From a virus (taxonomy: Duplodnaviria; Caudoviricetes): a stretch of 42,335 nucleotides of DNA. Of this stretch, positions 35,689 through 42,335 are shown in pieces. The position numbers and the translations under genes were made by a program. The stretch spans positions 1-42,335 of the IMG/VR virus record IMGVR_UViG_3300032320_001165; one strand, given 5' to 3'. Each line of letters begins with the position of its first letter. The stretch's first letter is position 1. Below the pieces are notes generated by a model, which saw only the letters and a program-made list of their open reading frames with translations, ran no database searches and was not told where the DNA came from.

Positions 35689-36968
35689 TATTTTGCCTCA
35701 TCATATAATGCAAATGTTCCGAATGGGGGATTTGGATTAGGATCACCGTGAATGATCCATGTCGTATCACAATACTCTGGGTCACCCCATGAACCACAGG
35801 GATATCCATCAGTGAATACAATCAAACGTTTAGGTTCAATAGCATTTTCTTTCAAGTATTCAAAGATACAATCAAAGTCAGTACCACCACCGCCTTGTGG
35901 TTCATAATTTTCAATCAGATCCATATTCTCACTAGAAAAATCTTGTGGGTTATATGTTTGCGTATCAAAACAGAAAATATGTACCTTGTAACCATCAAAC
36001 GCACTCATCATGCCACCGACTTCACCCAAGAATGCCTGTGCTTGTTTGTTACTGATAGAACCACTCATATCAAGTGTAACTACTACATCGATTTCTTCAC
36101 CGGGCGTCATACCGGGCATGATAGCATCCATATGCCAGCTTCTACGTGAAGGACGTGCCCAGCTATAGTCTGTACGAATGCAACTTGTCAGATTAGTCTG
36201 AATCAATTCACGCCAGGGCATAACAGGGTTAGTAGTGTCACGAATCAATCGTTCAACACCTTTAGGCAATGAACCTGCTTCTGCACTTTGTGCGGCACTG
36301 ATAATAGCTTGCTTAACTTCCTGACGAATACGATCCTTTTCTTCTTGTGACAGTTTCGGACGACCTTTACCTTTACCTTCTTTGTCACCTTCTTCGCCTT
36401 CACCCTCACCATCATCACCATCCATGTGATCGTCAAGCAATTGTTCAATCAAATCATCCATAGAAATTCTCTTGACATTTTTCATCAAGTCATCATATAT
36501 TTCTTCAGCAGGTTTACCATCATATTTGGTTTCGTACAAGCAGGGCACAGTAGTAATGAACTCACCTACTTTGTGTCGTTTCAAATCAGCATTAACTGCA
36601 TAGTCATCAGCAATGTTCCAGATTTGCGGGTCACGATCAAGCCTACGACCCATGTGGTCATAAACAACGTGCAATACTTCATGACCAACTAAGAATTCAA
36701 CTTCTTTTGGTTTCAATTTCATAATGAAGCGGCTGTTATAATAAAACTTCTGACCATCAGTAGCCGCTGTACCACACCAAAGATCAGCATTAACCAATTT
36801 CATGCGGGTAGCAAGATTACCAAAGAATGAATGGCGTAGCAACAAACCGATACGTGCAGTAACCAAACGTTCACGTGCTAGTGCATCAATTTTACTATCT
36901 GTAGGCCCGATTAGGTCCTCATATTTTTTACTTCGTGTTTTCTTTGTGGGATTTAGTACTGCACTCAT
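35688..36968 (-). CDS. Metallopeptidase-like (HExxH) plus VWA domain protein (DUF2201-like), partner of the MoxR ATPase
   Basis: TAATDG, HEVLH, MIDAS DMSGS, GGGGTDF, FTDG; start MSAVLN with SD AAGGA. Confidence 0.88.
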   Translation of the reverse strand: MSAVLNPTKKTRSKKYEDLIGPTDSKIDALARERLVTARIGLLLRHSFFGNLATRMKLVNADLWCGTAATDGQKFYYNSRFIMKLKPKEVEFLVGHEVLHVVYDHMGRRLDRDPQIWNIADDYAVNADLKRHKVGEFITTVPCLYETKYDGKPAEEIYDDLMKNVKRISMDDLIEQLLDDHMDGDDGEGEGEEGDKEGKGKGRPKLSQEEKDRIRQEVKQAIISAAQSAEAGSLPKGVERLIRDTTNPVMPWRELIQTNLTSCIRTDYSWARPSRRSWHMDAIMPGMTPGEEIDVVVTLDMSGSISNKQAQAFLGEVGGMMSAFDGYKVHIFCFDTQTYNPQDFSSENMDLIENYEPQGGGGTDFDCIFEYLKENAIEPKRLIVFTDGYPCGSWGDPEYCDTTWIIHGDPNPNPPFGTFALYDEAK

Positions 36969-36994
36969 AATAGTCCTTTGTTGTTTATGTGTAT

Positions 36995-37023
36995 AGTATA
37001 ACACATATCTGATTTATTGTCAA
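36995..37023 (-). promoter_or_regulatory. sigma70 early promoter
   Basis: TTGACA-ataaatcagatatgtgt-TATACT. Confidence 0.85.
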
Positions 37024-37172
37024 ATAGACAATCCACGATAACCTGCATCAAATGCAATCCGTGCATAAGGTAATGCGGATTCAATTCCGTATAAGGTTTC
37101 GGCCTGTGCTTTTGACAGGCCACGGGCTCGGGCACTTTGCCCAATTGCATAAAAATACTTCTTACCTGACAT
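37020..37172 (-). CDS. 50-aa protein, possible Rmf/CrpP-like fold (not in the ORF track)
   Basis: Own translation MSGKKYFYAIGQSARARGLSKAQAETLYGIESALPYARIAFDAGYRGLSI; SD AAGGA; fills the gap exactly. Confidence 0.7.
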   Translation of the reverse strand: MSGKKYFYAIGQSARARGLSKAQAETLYGIESALPYARIAFDAGYRGLSI

Positions 37173-37185
37173 ATAAATCCTTATT

Positions 37186-37217
37186 AAAAAAGGGTGAGTA
37201 TATTTCTACACTCACCC
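37186..37217 (-). terminator. Rho-independent terminator with GAAA loop
   Basis: Minus strand GGGTGAGTGTA-GAAA-TATACTCACCC-T6. Confidence 0.85.
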
Positions 37218-37235
37218 TGTAAAACTAGTAACTAT

Positions 37236-38333
37236 TTAGTTACCAGCTTCCACAATGTACTTACCGTACTTCTTGTGGAATTCATCAAAATTCTTCAACT
37301 GAGTTGGCTCGATTGGCAACTCATAAGTCTTCAATGCAATCTTTGCACCCATCACTACCAATTCAGTTTCAAAATTGTTCATCATGTAGTCAAAGAAATT
37401 TTGAGCCATAACGTGAAAGTCTTTGCTACTAGTTTTCTTTTGAACTGCATCTTTCAACTCATAGCACATACCAATTGTCAATGCATACATTGCTGAGATT
37501 TCTTTCACTGACAAGTCTTTAACTTTACCTGACAGAATTTCACTTGGCTCAGGCATCTTACCTGCAATCTTACGGTGAGCCATAAACTTAACAGCAAGAC
37601 CTTCACCGACTGCACCTGCAATCAAATTGAATTGTGTATCAGTATCAGTGTCTTCATCACTCAACAAGTCAGATACGAAACACCATGAACGAGGTGTTGC
37701 AAACGCACGTGAACTAGACTTACTATCAAAGTCATAGATATCTTGTTTAGCAAAAGACAAGTAACCTACAACGTCTTTGTGAATACCTTTGTTCACAGCC
37801 CATGACTGCCAGCTAGTAAAGTCAGGACGCATTTCCAAGTGAATGAAACGATTAGCGAGGGGCATCGGCATACGATAAGTAACACCTTTGTCACTATCAC
37901 GATTACCTGCGGCAACGATTACAACGTTATCGGGCAATACATACTTACCAACACGGCGATTCAAAATCAATTGATAGCCTGCTGCCTGTACTGCCGGGGG
38001 TGCAGAATTCATTTCATCTAAGAACAATACAACAACTGGGTATTTGCTTGCAAATTCTTCATCAGGCAAATCGATCGGGGGAGCCCAGTCCATCTTACCA
38101 TTATCTTTATTGAAGTAGGGAATACCACGAATGTCAGTGGGTTCCATTTGTGCCATGCGCAAGTCAACTACTGCGCCATTCAATTCCTGTGCAATTTCAG
38201 CAACAACTTCTGATTTGCCGATGCCGGGAGGACCCCAGAGAAAAACGGGTCGTTTAGTTTTAAACGCTTTGAGAATAGATTTACGTGTCTGAACACTGGT
38301 GATTGTATGATTGTCAGAGACTTGCGATGCCAT
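37236..38333 (-). CDS. MoxR-like AAA+ ATPase
   Basis: WGPPGIGKS, LFLDEMN, AAGNR, LANRF. Confidence 0.9.
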   Translation of the reverse strand: MASQVSDNHTITSVQTRKSILKAFKTKRPVFLWGPPGIGKSEVVAEIAQELNGAVVDLRMAQMEPTDIRGIPYFNKDNGKMDWAPPIDLPDEEFASKYPVVVLFLDEMNSAPPAVQAAGYQLILNRRVGKYVLPDNVVIVAAGNRDSDKGVTYRMPMPLANRFIHLEMRPDFTSWQSWAVNKGIHKDVVGYLSFAKQDIYDFDSKSSSRAFATPRSWCFVSDLLSDEDTDTDTQFNLIAGAVGEGLAVKFMAHRKIAGKMPEPSEILSGKVKDLSVKEISAMYALTIGMCYELKDAVQKKTSSKDFHVMAQNFFDYMMNNFETELVVMGAKIALKTYELPIEPTQLKNFDEFHKKYGKYIVEAGN

Positions 38334-38370
38334 GATGCTTCCTTAAAAAAAATGAACTAACTGAACACAT

Positions 38371-38488
38371 AGTGTAGCAACAAAGTGATTTATCGTCAAC
38401 TGTTACTTTGTACTTTTGGGCAAGTCGTTTTTGAACGCTTTTCGATTTGCCAGACTGTAAGTATAACACAACGTGCATTTACTGTCAA
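38371..38488 (-). promoter_or_regulatory. Two tandem sigma70 promoters upstream of MoxR
   Basis: TTGACG-17-TACACT (38371-38399) and TTGACA-17-TATACT (38460-38488). Confidence 0.8.
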
Positions 38489-38508
38489 CCTGTTGAAAAC
38501 CATGGCCC

Positions 38509-38763
38509 TCAACGCATTAGAGTAGCCATAAGTATCAATTTTTCCAAATGATTGATGGCTTTGTTGATATCGGTAACCTTTACATCTGTCCTCAATGAGG
38601 ATTTTAGGCGTCTTGCTTCTACTTCTAAATTACTCAATTCAAATACCATTTTAGAAATGTTTGCTAGCATCTTATGTAAGTCTGGATTGTACCCGACGCT
38701 GGATAACTGACTGGTCAGGTCACTATTAATTCTTTGCCAGTCGAGTGAAGTTTGTATTTCCAT
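38509..38763 (-). CDS. Small helical hypothetical protein
   Basis: 84 aa; extended -10 TGcTATAAT just upstream of the ATG. Confidence 0.7.
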   Translation of the reverse strand: MEIQTSLDWQRINSDLTSQLSSVGYNPDLHKMLANISKMVFELSNLEVEARRLKSSLRTDVKVTDINKAINHLEKLILMATLMR

Positions 38764-38813
38764 ATTACATTATAGCACAGAAGAGGGGCTAAAGTACCTT
38801 GGGTTTACCCATA

Positions 38814-39116
38814 TTATTCAAGAAATTTGGGTAGACCGTTACTATGTTTATCATTGATGTTCTCAACATCCTGAAACAAACGTTTTTCTTGTGCTGTTAA
38901 TTTGTCTTTGTGTGTTTTTCTAGGATTACCACATAAGTAGCAATCGGGATTGCCACAATCCATTGCATGATGTTTTGCTAGTCTATGAGGTTCTTTTATT
39001 GATTTGTCTTTATTTGTTAAACCATGTTGCCTAGCTATTTTGGTTTGCTTTTTAATAGCATTCTCATCTTTGAGTCTACGGCGAGAATTTAAATATTTTG
39101 CTAGTTCGTTACTCAT
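38814..39116 (-). CDS. Small basic Cys/His-rich (zinc-binding) protein
   Basis: KHHAMDCGNPDCYLCGNPRK; TATAAATA at 39139-39146. Confidence 0.75.
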   Translation of the reverse strand: MSNELAKYLNSRRRLKDENAIKKQTKIARQHGLTNKDKSIKEPHRLAKHHAMDCGNPDCYLCGNPRKTHKDKLTAQEKRLFQDVENINDKHSNGLPKFLE

Positions 39117-39170
39117 ACAACACCTTTTCTTATAAAAATATTTATAAAAATTTTCTAGACCCTTTCTATT

Positions 39171-39554
39171 TTATGGTCCAGTTGCACTGTCGAAATTCCA
39201 AGCACCGTTAACAAAAATAGCAACGGCTATCATTCTTTCTGATTTAGTTCGAAAGGGGTACCAACAACCATTTATTTTAATTTTAGTACTTAAATATTCT
39301 CGGTATGTGCTTACCCAAATACAGATGTTATCACAATTATCACCTAAATCAGCAGTGAAGTAAACTAGTTGTCCTTCTTTTCCATGAGGAAGATAGTAGT
39401 TTTTGTTGTTTAATTTTCCAGCCTGTAAGTGGTGCATATCAGCATTAGTATCTAATTCTGTAGCATATTTTTTATAATTGTTGGAATCACATTGCATCCC
39501 TAAATCTAACTTTGGAAAATTTATTTGTAATGTTGGCATATAGTATATATACAT
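39171..39554 (-). CDS. Hypothetical protein
   Basis: 127-aa ORF divergent from the sulfotransferase; start uncertain. Confidence 0.5.
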   Translation of the reverse strand: MYIYYMPTLQINFPKLDLGMQCDSNNYKKYATELDTNADMHHLQAGKLNNKNYYLPHGKEGQLVYFTADLGDNCDNICIWVSTYREYLSTKIKINGCWYPFRTKSERMIAVAIFVNGAWNFDSATGP

Positions 39555-39576
39555 ATACTTTAACCATATTTAATTT

Positions 39577-40248
39577 ATGAACAATCTAAACTCTATATCT
39601 AAATTTCCCATAATGATAGTCGGTAATTATCGAACTGGTACAACTTATTTGTGCCAGGCATTGTCATTTAAATACCCTGTAAGAGCCATGCCAGAACCAA
39701 CTGTTCCGCTACTAAAATTTAACGACAGTAGGCAGGTTGATAAACTTAAGTCGTTTATCGCTAATAAAAATAATAAATTTGTATTGAAAGTTCAAGCCGA
39801 TCAAATGGACAATATTCCGGAGTATCGTAAAATTTGGAATGGAGATAGTTATAAAATATTGGTTTATCGAAAAAACAAAATAGATCAAATTCTAAGTTAT
39901 TATATAGCACGAGTATCCGGTGTTTGGAATACGTTATGGTTAGATAGACAAAATTCTCCTGAATTAGCATATCACAATTTTCCAGAAAAAATACTAATAT
40001 CACAAGCAGACTATGTGTACAACCAAATAGTAAAAGTTAATGAAATTTTGGAAACTATGAAGGTTAGAGCAGACATGATTATATCTTATGAGGAAATTGA
40101 TTTTGATTATAGCGCCGGGGATCCTAACAATTTTGATAAACTACCAATTCTTCCCAATATTGATATAGTGAAGAAAAATTTGTTAGATTATTATGATAAC
40201 GATGGGCGCTTAGAATATTTAAACTCAGAGTTTATTTTACGAAAATAA
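39577..40248 (+). CDS. Sulfotransferase-like P-loop protein (Stf0-like)
   Basis: IVGNYRTGTTYL (5'-PSB-like), VYRKN.IDQILS (3'-PB-like R..S), ISYEE. Confidence 0.75.
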   Translation: MNNLNSISKFPIMIVGNYRTGTTYLCQALSFKYPVRAMPEPTVPLLKFNDSRQVDKLKSFIANKNNKFVLKVQADQMDNIPEYRKIWNGDSYKILVYRKNKIDQILSYYIARVSGVWNTLWLDRQNSPELAYHNFPEKILISQADYVYNQIVKVNEILETMKVRADMIISYEEIDFDYSAGDPNNFDKLPILPNIDIVKKNLLDYYDNDGRLEYLNSEFILRK

Positions 40249-40253
40249 TAGCT

Positions 40254-41129
40254 ATGTACAATATGATAGCTGATGAAATTTTTAAAAGATTTAATAATTT
40301 CAAACTTGAGACCTCGGGCGTATACTCAGTAGAGTCTCTTTGTTGTGGTGTGGGTAAGTCTCTTTTTTCAAAAAACAAAAATCAATCGTTTCTATATAAC
40401 TGTAAGGTGTGCGGGTGTGTGTATAGATGGTATCCCGATATTGAACCACATGATAATCTTAGGCAGCTTATAGAAACTTTAAGTGATATACCTGTAAAAA
40501 ATCAGGAGATAGTAAATACAATTTTTTCAACAAACCACATTGAACCTATTACAAAAAATAACCAATATTTAGAATGTAGGAAACTAGATATATCTGATTG
40601 GTACTTCTATACTTCATCTGATACTATGCTTAAAGATTACCTAATTATACCTGTTAATCTTGAAGATATGAATCAAGGTATGATATGTAGATATATGGGG
40701 TCAAATCCTAATTTGTCTCGCTATATAAATATTATGAACGATCCAATATTATTAGATAATTCTAAAAAAACAGATAATTTCAATCTTATATTTGAGGGGT
40801 CAATTGATGCTTTGTTGTTAAACGGTATAGCAATACTAGATAGTTTTATGACAGAAGATCAGATATCAAAAATAAACAAAAAGAAGAAAAAAAATATTGT
40901 TGTCCCCGATAGAGATAGGGGCGGGAGAAGTATGGCTCTTAAAGCAATTGATTTAGGATGGTCAGTGAGTTTTCCTGATATGCCAATACAGTTTAAAGAT
41001 CCGGCTGAAGCAATACAAGCAGGATTCTGCGATAGAGCTTCGATGAGAAAAAACATATTAAATTCTGTCTATAACGGGAAAGAAGCAAGAAATATACTAC
41101 TCTCTTGGAGAGACTCGGGATATATTTAA
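40254..41129 (+). CDS. Second primase-like protein (Zn ribbon plus TOPRIM)
   Basis: LCCG..YNCKVCG, FEGSIDAL, VVPDRDRGG, LGWSVSFPD..KDPAEA, collinear with the 7996 primase. Confidence 0.8.
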   Translation: MYNMIADEIFKRFNNFKLETSGVYSVESLCCGVGKSLFSKNKNQSFLYNCKVCGCVYRWYPDIEPHDNLRQLIETLSDIPVKNQEIVNTIFSTNHIEPITKNNQYLECRKLDISDWYFYTSSDTMLKDYLIIPVNLEDMNQGMICRYMGSNPNLSRYINIMNDPILLDNSKKTDNFNLIFEGSIDALLLNGIAILDSFMTEDQISKINKKKKKNIVVPDRDRGGRSMALKAIDLGWSVSFPDMPIQFKDPAEAIQAGFCDRASMRKNILNSVYNGKEARNILLSWRDSGYI

Positions 41130-41151
41130 TTAACAAAAATAATATTGTTTT

Positions 41152-41868
41152 TCAATTCCAATATTTAGACGAATCCAAACTGTCCCAATATGCTTTGTTG
41201 TTACGGTTGATGAAATTCTTTATTAGGTATTTTCCCATACCCAAGTATCCCATCTTTTTAAATCTACGACTGTCTTGCCCAAAGTGATGTTTGATGATTC
41301 TAAACTTTCGTGGACTATACTTACGAGACAAGAAAAAGTCTTCGCTGGTTGAAAAGTTTTCAGGGAAGCCGCCAAATTCTTCAAACTTGTCTCTACGTGT
41401 TAACATGAATGCCCCAACAGCAAAAGGACTGAAATATTTCAATGCATGATTAATAGTATTAAAAATAGTGAATCCAAATTTTGCTCTTGGATCTTTATCA
41501 TAACACTTGATGTTTAAACCAATAAGGTCTAAATTATTTAATTCAATTATACCAACTGCATCTCGAATCACTGTATTCTTAAAGAAGCGGACGTCAGCAT
41601 CAATGAACAAGATGTAGGGTGTGGTGACTAATCGTGCTCCATTATTCTTAGCAATAGAAACCGGACCACCATCAATAATTTCAATGTTCAATCCAAAACT
41701 GTTATCAGTTATGACTTGCCTAGTATTATCGGTAGAACAGTCAGCAATAATGATTCTAGTATCACCCAATTCTTGACTACGTAGGGATTCTAGTAAATAA
41801 TGTATGTAGTTTTCCTCATTCTTGCAAGGTACTACGATAGTAATTTTATCACTTATTGTTTTTTGCAT
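41152..41868 (-). CDS. Family 2 glycosyltransferase
   Basis: ITIVVPCKNEE, D.STDNT, NNGA, LFIDAD, GGF.E..SED, SRRF. Confidence 0.92.
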   Translation of the reverse strand: MQKTISDKITIVVPCKNEENYIHYLLESLRSQELGDTRIIIADCSTDNTRQVITDNSFGLNIEIIDGGPVSIAKNNGARLVTTPYILFIDADVRFFKNTVIRDAVGIIELNNLDLIGLNIKCYDKDPRAKFGFTIFNTINHALKYFSPFAVGAFMLTRRDKFEEFGGFPENFSTSEDFFLSRKYSPRKFRIIKHHFGQDSRRFKKMGYLGMGKYLIKNFINRNNKAYWDSLDSSKYWN

Positions 41869-42023
41869 ACACCTTCTACCTTAAAATTATTAAATTTTAG
41901 TTGCCACTTCATTGAGGCTAGAGCTACCTCGCAACTCATCTGGTCCTTGAATGCTAGTTCTATTCTTCCCGGAACGTCCTGAGGATTGTTCACGTGAACT
42001 GCTATTAATATCAATATCCACAT
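41853..42023 (-). CDS. 56-aa small exported or membrane-anchored protein (not in the ORF track)
   Basis: Own translation MWILILIAVHVNNPQDVPGRIELAFKDQMSCEVALASMKWQLKFNNFKVEGVCKKQ; SD AAGGAG; two Cys. Confidence 0.7.
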   Translation of the reverse strand: MWILILIAVHVNNPQDVPGRIELAFKDQMSCEVALASMKWQLKFNNFKVEGVCKKQ

Positions 42024-42333
42024 TGTCTTTCTCCTTGGTCCAAGTGATTATTTCCCAACGACCATTATGATGTTCTACTAGTGCTGTACAACTTTCAACC
42101 CAGTCGCCGTCATTCATATATGTAACGCCATTAATCTCTTTGATCTCTGCGTGGTGTATGTGTCCACATATAACACCATCAAATCCACGTTTCTTGCAAT
42201 AACCTGCCAGGGTTTCTTCAAACTTAAACATGAAGTCTACAGCTTTTTTTACTTTGTGTTTAAGGTATTTGCTAAGACTAAAGTACCCAAAACCAAAACG
42301 ATGACGTATCCAATTGAACTTACTATTGAGCGA
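41890..42333 (-). CDS. Partial calcineurin-like metallophosphoesterase (LpxH/LpxH2-like)
   Basis: Frame open to the window edge (NWIRHRFGFGYFSLSKYLKHKVKKAV...); GVICGHIHH and YMNDGDWVESCTALVE. Confidence 0.85.
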   Translation of the reverse strand, partial: SLNSKFNWIRHRFGFGYFSLSKYLKHKVKKAVDFMFKFEETLAGYCKKRGFDGVICGHIHHAEIKEINGVTYMNDGDWVESCTALVEHHNGRWEIITWTKEKDNVDIDINSSSREQSSGRSGKNRTSIQGPDELRGSSSLNEVATKI

Positions 42334-42335
42334 TA

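Noticed and set aside
36965-37150. 61-aa ORF from the track
   Set aside because: The alternative frame 37020-37172 has an ATG with SD and does not run through the promoter and start of the VWA gene
1023-41982. Many 60-160 aa plus-strand or nested ORFs in the track (e.g. 10950-11423, 15887-16264, 23566-23949, 37194-37496)
   Set aside because: They lie antisense to, or inside, well-supported genes and lack SD, promoter or protein-like motifs
1-42335. Stop-codon reassignment
   Set aside because: Core genes are full length under the standard code, and TAA, TAG and TGA all terminate genes

Overview
About 42 kb of an AT-rich, densely coding, large tailed dsDNA bacteriophage genome that is distantly T4-like. 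It uses the standard genetic code and almost all genes are on the minus strand. Recognisable core genes: large terminase, gp41-like helicase, gp61-like primase, UvsW/UvsX/UvsY, gp32-like SSB, a probable clamp-loader small subunit, ThyA, a MoxR AAA/VWA pair, spanins and several virion proteins. Auxiliary genes: IscA, a secreted SNase, an NDP-sugar epimerase, GT2, an LpxH-like phosphoesterase, a sulfotransferase and a methyltransferase. The spanins imply a Gram-negative host. Two promoter classes can be read directly: sigma70-type (TTGACA-17-TATAAT-like) and T4-late-type (ATAAATA). Many of them sit so close to the ATG that the mRNAs are probably leaderless. The most unusual elements are (i) a 197-aa miniature DnaE/Pol III-alpha core coupled to a DEDDh exonuclease behind a tandem array of small paralogous 'F-x-L-R-W' proteins, (ii) an apparently catalytically dead stand-alone Hint-fold protein downstream of UvsW, (iii) a second primase paralog paired with a sulfotransferase on an inverted AT-rich islet, and (iv) putative protease-processed head proteins, one carrying a KxDG ligase-type motif. 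No tRNA, rRNA, CRISPR array or transposase was seen. All family calls come from motif recognition by eye, not from database searches.
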